Shown here: positions 29,517 to 39,367 of the stretch, piece after piece
How positions within the stretch are numbered: position 1 is the first letter of the stretch
Layout: the number at the start of each line of letters is the position of its first letter
NCBI GenBank assembly: GCA_965262715.1
Contig: OZ253553.1
Location: 2,752,001 to 2,816,000, forward strand
Direction: 5' to 3'
Origin: Bdellovibrionales bacterium
GTDB lineage: Bacteria > Bdellovibrionota > Bdellovibrionia > Bdellovibrionales > JAUICD01
Length of the DNA: 64,000 bases
The notes under the pieces: model-generated
Seen by the model: only the letters and a program-made list of their open reading frames with translations
Database searches by the model: none
Told to the model about the DNA's origin: nothing
Position numbers and translations under genes: made by a program

Positions 29517-29765
29517 TTTATTTTATTTGTTTTTGTAAGACATACTTATTTAAAGTTTTTATTTAATGTTGAAAGACTAACTGTTAAGAGGATTAAAAAG
29601 AGGCCTTTATTGTCAAAAGAACTTGCCAGAAAACTCACTAGCACGAAGCTAAATATTTAAAATTTATTTTTTATAGCCCTGCACAAAAATTTGAAATACA
29701 CTATAAACTTTAGTATTTTCTATATAGTTCGTATTTTAAAAAAAAGAAGATAGGGTAAGAAATTT

Positions 29766-29900
29766 ATGACAAAAGAACCATCATTAGCAAATATGGAGAA
29801 ACTGACTGGAGAGTTAAGAGATAGCTTTATTGAATCTAAAAAGTTAGAAAAGCAAATTAAAGAAAACTTAGCAGGTATTGGTTTTAAGATAAGCTTATGA
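29766..29900 (+). pseudogene. hsdM: 44-aa internally deleted hsdM (first ~9 codons joined in frame to the last ~35)
   Basis: MTKEPSLAN-MEKLTGELRDSFIESKKLEKQIKENLAGIGFKISL*; its stop overlaps the next ATG as in the intact operon. Confidence 0.85.
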
Positions 29901-32137
29901 ATATAACTTTTTTAGAGCAATCCATTCAAAATTTAGAAAAAGCCTTAGACAGATACCATAAACATAAAGAGGATAAAAGCACGTTAAAGGATATTTTTAA
30001 AGATTCTTGTATTTACAGATTTAAAAACACTTATGAAATTACTTTTAAAATGATGAAAAGGTATTTAAAGGAAGCTTCCAGCAATCCTTTTGAAATTGAA
30101 AAATTAACATTCAATCAAATAATCGAAGAAGCTTTTACAGCTTCTATTATTAAGTTGGAGGTTAAAGATTGGAAAAAGTTTAGAGAGCACTGCATAAGGA
30201 TGAGTGAATTTTATAAAGAAGACGAGGGTGATGAAGTTTTAAAAGAAATTCCACTTTTTTTAGAAGATGTTAAATACTTCATTAGCCGTCTTAATGAAAG
30301 CTTATCACCGGAGAAAGAAATAACGAATAAGCATGATAAGCCTGATATTCACCCCGGTCATCTTAAAATTGTTCAAGACATTTTGAATAAGACCCTTTCA
30401 AGTGATGTAAAGGTATGGGTTTATGGCAATCGTGCTAAGTGGGCCACTCTTGATTCTTCTGATCTGGATTTAGCTTTAGAGGGTACAGGTAAAATTGATA
30501 ATAACACTATAAGTCAACTGGAACATGATTTTGAAGAGAGTGACCTACCTTATGAAGTGGATATTGTGGATATAGCAGTAGTACAGCCTTTTTTCAAGGA
30601 TGTTATCAATAAAGATAAAGTTTTATTAGATCGTTATGCTTCAATGAAAAAAAAGAAGACTATTCCAAAAGGTTGGCGAAAAGTGAGATTAGGGGATTTA
30701 ATTGATATTAAACATGGTTATGCATTTGATGGCAAACATATAACAAATGACGTTAACGAAAATATTTTAGTAACTCCAGACAACTTTCATATTGGAGGAG
30801 GATTTAAATCTTCAAAATTAAAATATTGCAATGGTGATATTCCAGCAGATTACATCTTAAGTGAAGGTGATAAAATTGTAACAATGACAGATTTAAGTAA
30901 AGAAGGAGATACACTTGGTTATTCTGCAAAAATTCCTAAAAGCAAAAATGGTGAAATATATTTACATAATCAAAGAATAGGATTACTTCAATACCAATCA
31001 AAAGATGTTTATGAAGACTTTATTTATTGGATAATGAGGAGTAATAAGTATCAACAATTTATAGTTAGTGCTGCTACTGGTACTTCTGTAAGACATACAT
31101 CCCCAACAGCTATTAAAAAATACAAATTTTATTTGCCACCTCTTCCTGAGCAGAAAGCAATTACAGAAATATTATCAAGTTTAGATCACAAGATAGAGCA
31201 AAATCAAAATATAAATAAGGCATTGGATGAAATGACACAAGCTATTTTCAAGTCATGGTTTGTTGATTTTGACCCTGTTCATGCAAAAAAGATGGTTTTA
31301 GAGGCAGGGTTATCAAAAAAGAAGGCAGAGCGAGCAGCAATGGCAGTGATTACTGGAATGTGCAGTCCCAAGCTGTTTATAGAAAATATTAAGCAGATGG
31401 ATCACAGTTTAAGTGAAAAGTTATCTAAGATGAGTCAAAACAAGAGAGATAAGTTATCTTACACAGCATCATTATTTCCAAATGAGTTTGTAGACAGCAA
31501 CCTTGGCCTCATCCCTAAAGATTGGTCTTGTAAATCTATAGGCAACATTGCAACTGTTATAGAAGGAGGAACTCCTGCAACCAAAAATAAAAAATATTAT
31601 TGTAACAAAGGGGAGGGAATTCCATGGTTGACACCAAAGGATCTCTCTAGATATTCATGGAAATATATCTCCAGTGGAGCAATAGACATAACTGAGTCTG
31701 GGTTAATAAATTCGGGCGCAAAAATAGTACTTAAAGGGACTGTACTGATTTCCTCGAGAGATCCAATTGGTTATATAGCAATTGCTGAAAATAAATTGTC
31801 TATAAATCAAAATTTTAAGTGTTTAGTTCCTCATATTGATACTCAATTTCTTTATTACTGGGCAAAAAGTAATATTGATAACATAGAAGCTGCAGCTACA
31901 ACAGGTCTTACGTTCAAAAAGATAACCAGAAGGAATATAGAAAATCTTAAACTTGTAGTGCCAAATAGAGATATCATGAACCAATTTAATCGATTCACAG
32001 CTTCTTCATCAAAGAGGCAAAAAATTATGTGTTATGAAAGTCATACTTTAAAAGAAATCAGAGACATTTTACTTCCTAAGTTTTTATCAGGAGAAATCAC
32101 CGCCTCTAAGATCAAAATAGGTGAAGCTAGATGTTAA
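29897..32137 (+). CDS. hsdS: HEPN-MNT-HsdS triple fusion with TRDs different from 7705..9462
   Basis: N-terminus homologous to 6466..6858, then KPDIHP..YGNRA..SDLDLA, then the HsdS conserved blocks with new TRDs. Confidence 0.92.
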   Translation: MNITFLEQSIQNLEKALDRYHKHKEDKSTLKDIFKDSCIYRFKNTYEITFKMMKRYLKEASSNPFEIEKLTFNQIIEEAFTASIIKLEVKDWKKFREHCIRMSEFYKEDEGDEVLKEIPLFLEDVKYFISRLNESLSPEKEITNKHDKPDIHPGHLKIVQDILNKTLSSDVKVWVYGNRAKWATLDSSDLDLALEGTGKIDNNTISQLEHDFEESDLPYEVDIVDIAVVQPFFKDVINKDKVLLDRYASMKKKKTIPKGWRKVRLGDLIDIKHGYAFDGKHITNDVNENILVTPDNFHIGGGFKSSKLKYCNGDIPADYILSEGDKIVTMTDLSKEGDTLGYSAKIPKSKNGEIYLHNQRIGLLQYQSKDVYEDFIYWIMRSNKYQQFIVSAATGTSVRHTSPTAIKKYKFYLPPLPEQKAITEILSSLDHKIEQNQNINKALDEMTQAIFKSWFVDFDPVHAKKMVLEAGLSKKKAERAAMAVITGMCSPKLFIENIKQMDHSLSEKLSKMSQNKRDKLSYTASLFPNEFVDSNLGLIPKDWSCKSIGNIATVIEGGTPATKNKKYYCNKGEGIPWLTPKDLSRYSWKYISSGAIDITESGLINSGAKIVLKGTVLISSRDPIGYIAIAENKLSINQNFKCLVPHIDTQFLYYWAKSNIDNIEAAATTGLTFKKITRRNIENLKLVVPNRDIMNQFNRFTASSSKRQKIMCYESHTLKEIRDILLPKFLSGEITASKIKIGEARC

Positions 32138-32376
32138 ATATAAAAAGTGTAAAAAATGTAGATATATGGAATCCAGAGCAACAGTGCTGGACTAGTTATT
32201 TGAATGAAGTGCCAGAAAATGGTAAAGTAGAAATTTCAGTAGAAGAAGGATTCCAATTTCAAATATTAAACAAGAACAGTGAAAAAATCAAATCTTCAAA
32301 TCATACTTTCACTGCAAAGTTTTTTACATGGCTTATCAACAAAAAAAATACTCTCAATTGCTCACTGATGCATTGA
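32131..32376 (+). pseudogene. 5' stub of a divergent paralog of the NDT/TIR-like gene, truncated by joining to the hsdR tail
   Basis: FTAKFFTWLI matches FRAKLTTWLI of 9459..10502; same position overlapping the hsdS stop. Confidence 0.6.
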
Positions 32377-32765
32377 ACAAGTATAGAAACCGCAGCATTG
32401 AGACATCTCAAGTCATTGAGGAACTAATACAAATGGCTAAAGACTTTAGAACAGAAAAAGATAGAGGACAAAATCTTGGGTTGAACAATGATGAATTAGT
32501 CTTTTACGATGCTCTTTCTGATAACGATTCTGCAAAAGAAGTCTTAGGAGATGAAATCCTTAAAAAAATGGCTCATGAACTTACAGAGCAATTGAGAAAA
32601 AGTGTAACAATCGATTGGGCTAAAAGAGAAAGTGTGCGTGCTAATATTCGGCTCAAAATTAGAAGATTATTAAAAAAATATAAGTATCCACCTGACAAAG
32701 AAGATGCTGCTGTAAAGTTAGTGCTTGAACAAGCAGAAACTTTATCCCAAAGCTGGATCCATTAA
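32333..32765 (+). pseudogene. hsdR: hsdR 3' fragment (C-terminal ~142 codons)
   Basis: Near-identical to ~22212-22645. Confidence 0.92.
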
Positions 32766-32823
32766 TGAAAATAGGGTTGTATAAATGTATGTATTGTACA
32801 AGTCATATAATGATACGAGTACA

Positions 32824-33816
32824 TTATTGGCACTTGCTTTGAATTTGCAGAACTTCTTTTTCTGAAAGCCCTGTTGCTTTACTTATGGCTTGTATATCCA
32901 TATCAGTTGTCTTTAAAAGATTTACAGCAACTTTCTGCAAACCTTCCTGTAGACCTTCTTGCCTTATACGATCTCTCATCATTTGTAATGGTGGCATTGT
33001 TCTCTTCTCCTTTGATACATTCTTTTCTTCTATCTCTTGTAAAGTATTCCAAGTAAAGTTTGGATCACAAAGTCTCACACAATCAACTGCCCTGTCCATT
33101 AAAAAAATACGGTCTTCTTTACTGGCAAGCTTATTGGACAACTTAAACAAATCTCCAATGACCTGCTCATCTAAGTTCCACACACTCTTTAGTATAAACA
33201 AAATCGTCCCAGATAGCAAGTCCTTTGAGCTTAATTCCCTCATTCCTAAATCATTTAAGTTTAATAATCTATACTTATAATTTAAAACATTCTCACCGAA
33301 AGCCTTTTTAAGCTCTAAAGACTTAAAATTCAAGTAATCATGGAAGCTCAAAGGTAAATTCCATCCACTTTTACCAGAGTAAACCAATACAGGGATCACT
33401 ATGGATGGAGCTTTACGTTTTCCACTCTTAACATCTTTACTGTCTTTCTCATAAATACTTGCTTGATACTTAAGAAACTGTAAAAAAATATCTGAGTCAT
33501 TATAGGATTTATGCTCAAAAAGAAAAATAATTTCTACAATCTCTTCTGACTCTTTCATCTTCACTGAAAAAATCACATCAGCTCTCTGCTCCCTAAAAAC
33601 CTGATCTACAAAAACAGTCACCTTTGACTGTAGAGTCTTCCAATCAAAAAGATCAAACTCTGCAGGAGTTAAAACTAAACGAAACAAGTCTAAAACATAT
33701 CGCTCCTTGCTATAAACTTCATAAAATAAATGATTGAAAATATGAAAAACTTCACGTTTTAACTCCTGTTTGTTTTTTGGAAGCTTTACCTTTTTATACT
33801 TAGATCTGACCATCAC
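32824..33816 (-). CDS. Rpn YhgA-like protein, copy A3 (2 GLQx repeats; internal start at 32997)
   Basis: Near-identical to A1/A2. Confidence 0.9.
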   Translation of the reverse strand: MMVRSKYKKVKLPKNKQELKREVFHIFNHLFYEVYSKERYVLDLFRLVLTPAEFDLFDWKTLQSKVTVFVDQVFREQRADVIFSVKMKESEEIVEIIFLFEHKSYNDSDIFLQFLKYQASIYEKDSKDVKSGKRKAPSIVIPVLVYSGKSGWNLPLSFHDYLNFKSLELKKAFGENVLNYKYRLLNLNDLGMRELSSKDLLSGTILFILKSVWNLDEQVIGDLFKLSNKLASKEDRIFLMDRAVDCVRLCDPNFTWNTLQEIEEKNVSKEKRTMPPLQMMRDRIRQEGLQEGLQKVAVNLLKTTDMDIQAISKATGLSEKEVLQIQSKCQ

Positions 33817-33844
33817 AAAACCCCTTAACTAGCTATGAACCTTA

Positions 33845-34000
33845 TTATAAAAAATGTGTGAGTAGTGATTTTAAAGCCTCTTCATTGCCTTTAAAATAGG
33901 TTTTAAAAGCTGCGTCATTTGTTAATTTTAAAAAATGAGTTTCTTTTAAAAATTCATTAATATCTGAGAACTGCTTTTTATCATTATGGTTAGATTTCAT
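33845..34000 (-). pseudogene. Rpn-B 5' stub (51 aa), chimera of B2-like and B1-like N-termini
   Basis: MKSNHNDKKQFSDINEFLKETHF (B2-like) ..KTYFKGNEEALKSLLTHFL* (B1-like). Confidence 0.85.
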
Positions 34001-34044
34001 ATCGCTTATACCCTCCTAAAATAAAAATATCTGATAGGAATACC

Positions 34045-34146
34045 AGCAAAACACATGCCAAGCTAAAAGCAAGGATAAACAAGGTTTCAGACTTAAAACA
34101 CGAGATATTGTCCAACAACTTAGACATCGAATCCGGATTTCATACA
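34045..34146 (-). promoter_or_regulatory. Sigma-54 promoter (34045-34061) and UAS (34109-34126, one mismatch), copy 4
   Basis: TTGGCATGTGTTTTGCT; TGTCCAACAACTTAGACA. Confidence 0.78.
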
Positions 34147-34410
34147 TTTATTTTATTTGTTTTTGTAAGGCATACTTATTTAAAGTTTTTATTTAATGTT
34201 GAAAGATTAACTCTTAAGAGGATTAAAAAGAGGCCTTTATTGTCAAAAGAACTTGCCAGAAAACTCACTAGCACGAAGCTAAATATTTAAAATTTATTTT
34301 TTATATCTTTGCGTAAAAATTTGAAATAAGTCCTAAGCTTTAGTATCTTTTATAAGGGTTTGTATTTTTTAAACAAAAGACAACAAGAAAGAAATTAGAC
34401 TAAGAGAATT

Positions 34411-34668
34411 ATGACAAAGGTGCAACCATTAACAGGCATAGAAAAAGAGCTATGGCAAGCAGCAGATATCTTACCTCAATATAAAATACCATTGGTAAGC
34501 ATTAAGATTTTAAGTAATTTCAATAGGGTAGTCACATCATTTTTTGAAAAAATAAAAAAGAATAGTGTTGAAAGTTCCTATCTTGAAGGTTGCCGAGACA
34601 TTTTACTTCCCAAGACTTTATCAGGGGAAATCGCCGTCTCCAAAATCAAAACAAAGGGGAAATTATGA
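34411..34668 (+). pseudogene. In-frame hsdM(5')-hsdS(3') deletion fusion
   Basis: MTKVQPLTGIEKELWQAAD joined to the last ~66 codons of hsdS at the microhomology CAGCAGAT. Confidence 0.9.
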
Positions 34669-35702
34669 ATACTCTTGAATATAGATGTCCAATATGGAGC
34701 AATTCAAATGAACAACAAACATTTGATGCTAAGTGTTCATATAATAAAAATAAAGGGTGGTATGAAGTGGATTCACCAAGAGCTGGAGGTAAATATCGCA
34801 TCTTATGTGAAACTGACAAGAAGCTTAATCCCTTACTTGGAGACTCAGGTAATATAGATGTTATTATGCGTCAAATAAGTAATGGTTTTAGAGCAAAGCT
34901 TACTACATGGCTCATTGAAAAAAGAAAACAAGTAGATGAAAGTCCTTTGATTGATGATGAAGTATTAGAACAGATTGATAATAAGAAATATCTTCCTATA
35001 CAAGAAAGAATTAATAATGTTTTAAAATATATCTACGAAAAAAATCAGGAACATAAAGACAAATATCCACATTTTTCTGAATTCCCCATAAATGTTGATC
35101 AGCTAAAAGCCTATTCAGAATGTGCCAATAATAATGATTGGCGGATTATATTCAATTATTTAAAACAAAACCAACTTGTCAACATAAATGGTAATCAACT
35201 TACGGAACAATTAGAGATTACATTGGATGTCAAAGGATTAGAAAGATTAGAATCTCTTGAAACTAATAAAGATAGCAGACAAGCCTTTGTTGCCATGTGG
35301 TTTGATGAAAGCATGAATGATATTTATGATGAAGCCATACAGCCAGCTATTGAAGAATTGGGTTATCAGGCAATGAGGATTGATAGAAAAGAGCATAACA
35401 ATAAAATTGATGATGAGATCATAGCAGAAATTAAAAGATCAAGGTTTTTAATTGCTGATTTTTCACATGGTGAGGATGGCATAAGAGGAGGTGTTTATTA
35501 TGAAGCTGGTTTTGCTCACGGCTTAGGTATTCCGGTTATTTTTACTTGTCGCAAAGACGATAAAGATAATTTGCATTTTGACACTCGTCAGTTCAATCAT
35601 ATTATTTGGAAAGATGCGGAAGATTTAAAAAAGCAGCTAAAAGATCGCATAGGAGCAACCCTTCGCAATGACCCCTTAAAACCAATAAATCACAAACTAT
35701 GA
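34665..35702 (+). CDS. NDT/TIR-like effector, paralog of 9459..10502
   Basis: High similarity throughout; start placed at ATG 34665 by homology. Confidence 0.8.
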   Translation: MNTLEYRCPIWSNSNEQQTFDAKCSYNKNKGWYEVDSPRAGGKYRILCETDKKLNPLLGDSGNIDVIMRQISNGFRAKLTTWLIEKRKQVDESPLIDDEVLEQIDNKKYLPIQERINNVLKYIYEKNQEHKDKYPHFSEFPINVDQLKAYSECANNNDWRIIFNYLKQNQLVNINGNQLTEQLEITLDVKGLERLESLETNKDSRQAFVAMWFDESMNDIYDEAIQPAIEELGYQAMRIDRKEHNNKIDDEIIAEIKRSRFLIADFSHGEDGIRGGVYYEAGFAHGLGIPVIFTCRKDDKDNLHFDTRQFNHIIWKDAEDLKKQLKDRIGATLRNDPLKPINHKL

Positions 35703-36139
35703 TTAGAGAATTTAAAGTAATTGTCTTTTAATAATCTCTAAATATTTTTATAGAACATATCTAAGATTTTTGTACTAAATCTTTAGGGAATTCAACTTTA
35801 ACTAAAATCAAATATGAAAGTGAAACAAATAACTTTTTAGTATAATGGCATAATACTTTTCTTTATTACAATAAAGGAAAATATTCATTGTAAAATATGG
35901 TTTAAAGAAGGTCTACGTTGAAAATAGACTAGTTTTTCACTGCAAAGTGTAATAATATAATCAAAAAATATAAAGCATAAAAAACACTTATAATTAGAGA
36001 TAAATGCTTTAAAACAAACTTTGAAATTCTTTTTCTTTGTAGATAGTTTTATAGCTAAAACAAATTTGACATCTTGCAGTATGATTTAACTTAATATTGA
36101 TGTTAAAAACACAATATATAAAATAAAAAGGAGTAGAAC

Positions 36140-36670
36140 ATGATTAGTCAAGAAGATAAAAGAACAAATGCTCTTTTTGAGCATTTTATTGATCAGATCT
36201 TTTCATGGTACACAGATAAACACAAAAAAAATGATAATGACTTAAGTAAAATGAAAATTATTAAATTACATTTTTTTGTATGCAGCTTAAATAATATTTT
36301 GCTAGGAAAATATAAATTTCTTGCTATGAGATATGGTCCTGTTTGTGGAGAATTGCTAGAAGCTATAAATAGTGATTCATTAAATACCTTTAGAATTACA
36401 AATCTTAACTTAGAAAAAAAAGACTCTGAGCTTCTAATTATTAATAAAAAAGAAGACTTAGACGTAAAAGAGGCTTATAATCAAGCAATAGAAAAACTAA
36501 AAAATATCAATAATGATATTATCGATTTTAGTGCTTTTGACTTAGTTAAAATATCTCATGGATGGCATTCTTGGCAGATTGCTTGGGATATTGCTAAAGA
36601 TATTGGTAAAGAGGTTTATGAAATGAACTCTGATAAAATTAAAAGCGATCCGCTAAGATCCTATGCATAA
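36140..36670 (+). CDS. Panacea (DUF4065/SocA-like) antitoxin domain protein
   Basis: LSKMKIIKLHFF, FLAMRYGPV, DLVKISH..W motifs; AAGGAG RBS. Confidence 0.78.
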   Translation: MISQEDKRTNALFEHFIDQIFSWYTDKHKKNDNDLSKMKIIKLHFFVCSLNNILLGKYKFLAMRYGPVCGELLEAINSDSLNTFRITNLNLEKKDSELLIINKKEDLDVKEAYNQAIEKLKNINNDIIDFSAFDLVKISHGWHSWQIAWDIAKDIGKEVYEMNSDKIKSDPLRSYA

Positions 36671-36725
36671 ATTTTTCTAAGATTTTTACACTAAACTTGA
36701 AGAGTTTCATCAAGATCTAAACAAA

Positions 36726-38630
36726 GTGAAGATTCAAGATCTTGATGAGAAAAAATACACTGAACTGAAAGATAGTGCTTCAAGCTTATTTACTGATTTA
36801 TTTATTCTCTTAATTAAGTTCTTTTTAAAAGGTGTATTTACTAAGATCCCATCAGATAAACTAGAAAAAGATTTAGAAGATCTTAAAACATCTTTATTTT
36901 CTATTGAAACACCTTTTATCTCTTTAAGAGAAGATCGAGACCAGTATGCAAAAAAATGGCAAAAGACTATTTCAGACTATTTTGGATATATAAGCCATGC
37001 TTTTGAGGCTGCCTTATACTTTAATTCTCTTTGTCTTAATATACAAAATAAAAAGTATGTTAATCCAAATACAAACATAGAACAAGATTCAATTATTTCT
37101 AAAGAAGATAAAACTATGGATATGAAAAATGCTTTAAATAATGTTATAAGGCTTACTTACTATGATTTTGAATTTGCTATGAATGGAGGTTCAGAGTATT
37201 TAATTAAAAGACTATGTGAAATAATTTATTTGTTTCAAGATGGGAAAGAAGATTTTCATCAATTAACTTTAGAGAAGACTAGGTTTTTACTGAAGAAAGC
37301 TCTGCTTTTCCATAAAAGAGAAGGAAGAAAAGAGTTTCTTGTATTTATTAAAGATGAAAGTTTTAAGTGTGAAGATATTTTGAAGGAATCAGCTTTATCA
37401 AAAAAAACTAAAAATTTATGTGAGTTGATATCAATATATGAAAAAGATAAATTAGACAATGATAGCCTCAGTGATCTTAATGCTTTGAAAAATACCTTTG
37501 AAGGATTAAATTTAAAATCTATAGAAAACTACATAGAAGTAAAAATCTTAAAAGATTCAGCTTCTATGAAATCTGATATTGACACCATGATTGAATCGAT
37601 AAAAAGAATAAAAACTATAGGTGAAAATTTGCCTGAAAGGAATGAAAATTCTGAATTTGATACCATTGTCTTAAAAATAAATAAAATTTTTATTTTCAAC
37701 AACCTCATTTCTCTCTCTGATGAGCTTATGGAGCATATCAATAAAGGAGAGAGTGTTTTTTTTGAGAATATAGATAAAAGAATTAAAGAAGTATATGAGA
37801 TTGTAACAAATGTTATAAATCAAATTGAAAATAAATTAGAAAACAATGAAAACTATTTCACCTATTATAAATACTCAAAATTCCTATGTAATTATTATCA
37901 ATATCAACTTTTGAAAAAATCTCCTAAAGAAGTTAAAAATATTCATAATAAGATAGAAGTATTTACACATAAAGCTTCAGAGTTATTTTATAAGGTTCAT
38001 GATAAATTTCAGAAATATAGATTGAAGCAAAATGAGTCTTTTATTGGGGATCAAGATAAAAAAGTATTTGTCTACTCTTCAATAAATCTTCCATTTAATA
38101 ACTCTGAGCAACAGACATTGATTGATGTACAAAATGTCAAAGCAAATACTATTGATATTGATGTAAAAGCACGAAAACTTGATCAAAAAACAAAAGACTT
38201 TGATCGAAAAGCCAAAGACCTTGATCAAAAAACAAAAGAAGTGAAAAAAGATGTACAAGAAGTTAATAAAAGATCAACAGGAGTTTTTGCTTTTTTCTCT
38301 GTGATTGTCCTTTTTGCTGCAGGATCCTTTCAGTCATTAGCCCACCTAGATGACATTCATAAAGTTGTAATTATGTTAAGTCTTGTTGGTGTATTTGCAG
38401 GCCTGCTTTTTTTGTCGTTTTACTTTATTATTCAAGAGCGAGAGCCTATAAGCTGTTGGCGATTTTTTACTATACTTGTGATGTACATTCTCATCTATCT
38501 GGGTATTATTGCTTCTTCACAATTTCTGCCAAAATGGTTTGAAGCTCTTGTATCAAGCAACAAAGAAGAACAAGTACATAAACCTGTTTCTTCTCAAACA
38601 ACGATTAAATCAAAAAAGAATAATCTATAA
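36726..38630 (+). CDS. Large helical protein with coiled coil and three C-terminal TM segments; candidate partner toxin of the Panacea protein
   Basis: 634-aa ORF, KLDQKTK repeats, hydrophobic C-terminus; start may lie slightly upstream. Confidence 0.65.
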   Translation: MKIQDLDEKKYTELKDSASSLFTDLFILLIKFFLKGVFTKIPSDKLEKDLEDLKTSLFSIETPFISLREDRDQYAKKWQKTISDYFGYISHAFEAALYFNSLCLNIQNKKYVNPNTNIEQDSIISKEDKTMDMKNALNNVIRLTYYDFEFAMNGGSEYLIKRLCEIIYLFQDGKEDFHQLTLEKTRFLLKKALLFHKREGRKEFLVFIKDESFKCEDILKESALSKKTKNLCELISIYEKDKLDNDSLSDLNALKNTFEGLNLKSIENYIEVKILKDSASMKSDIDTMIESIKRIKTIGENLPERNENSEFDTIVLKINKIFIFNNLISLSDELMEHINKGESVFFENIDKRIKEVYEIVTNVINQIENKLENNENYFTYYKYSKFLCNYYQYQLLKKSPKEVKNIHNKIEVFTHKASELFYKVHDKFQKYRLKQNESFIGDQDKKVFVYSSINLPFNNSEQQTLIDVQNVKANTIDIDVKARKLDQKTKDFDRKAKDLDQKTKEVKKDVQEVNKRSTGVFAFFSVIVLFAAGSFQSLAHLDDIHKVVIMLSLVGVFAGLLFLSFYFIIQEREPISCWRFFTILVMYILIYLGIIASSQFLPKWFEALVSSNKEEQVHKPVSSQTTIKSKKNNL

Positions 38631-38773
38631 CCTTATTAAAATACTCTAAAAAGATTGACTGGAAATAAAAGTGGTTTTATAAGTCAAGTCTTTCTTAACT
38701 CAAAGAAATAAAAGATATATTTGAAATACAATTTTATTAAAATGAATCAATAGAAATATAAGGATACTAAAAG

Positions 38774-39008
38774 ATGTCTGACCTTAAATTGTTTTGGAAA
38801 TATTTTAAAAATACAGCTTGGTTTTGGCAAATAATGGCAACTGCTGCTATTCCTTTCTATTTCATGTACAGAGATCAAAAACTTAAAAAAGCTCAACTGA
38901 AGCATATATCAGAAGTAGTCTCTAATTTTATTGAGTAGCATCAAATTTGATTAATAACTCAAGTGGTATTTTCTTAAGAACACTTATTTAATGAAATTTC
39001 TAATGTTC
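38774..39008 (+). pseudogene. Duplicate of ~17718-17934 (truncated Trp-rich membrane gene plus 3' end of the 17900 gene)
   Basis: Near-identical DNA including the same premature TAG. Confidence 0.85.
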
Positions 39009-39111
39009 TGAGGTGTACCTTTTATTTGGAGGATCCGTTCCATAATTTACCCACTGCTGAGATTCCGATTGTTGTTAATTCTCCTGTTTTCCATTTAACT
39101 TCAATAAAACG

Positions 39112-39309
39112 ATGGCGCATGAACTTACAGAGCAATTGAGAAAAAGTGTAATAATCGATTGGGCTAAAAGAAAAAGCGTACGTGCAGGTATTCGACTTAA
39201 AATTAGAACATTATTAAAGAAATACAAATATCCACCTGACAAACGAGATACTGCTATACAACTGGTACTTGAGCAAGCAGAAACTTTATCACAAAGCTGG
39301 ATCCATTAA
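39112..39309 (+). pseudogene. hsdR: hsdR 3' fragment (65 codons), more divergent allele
   Basis: MAHELTEQLRKSV..YKYPPD..QSWIH. Confidence 0.9.
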
Positions 39310-39367
39310 TGAAAATAGAGTTGTATAAATGTATGTATTGTACAAGTCATATAATGATACGAGTACA

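Noticed and set aside
29478..29660. 60-aa ORF duplicated at 34108..34290
   Set aside because: Starts on the TTG inside the conserved palindrome with no RBS; conservation reflects recent duplication of the intergenic region
39024..39111. Minus-strand fragment RFIEVKWKTGEL.. resembling a DUF3883-type nuclease motif
   Set aside because: Under 30 codons with no start; too short to support a call
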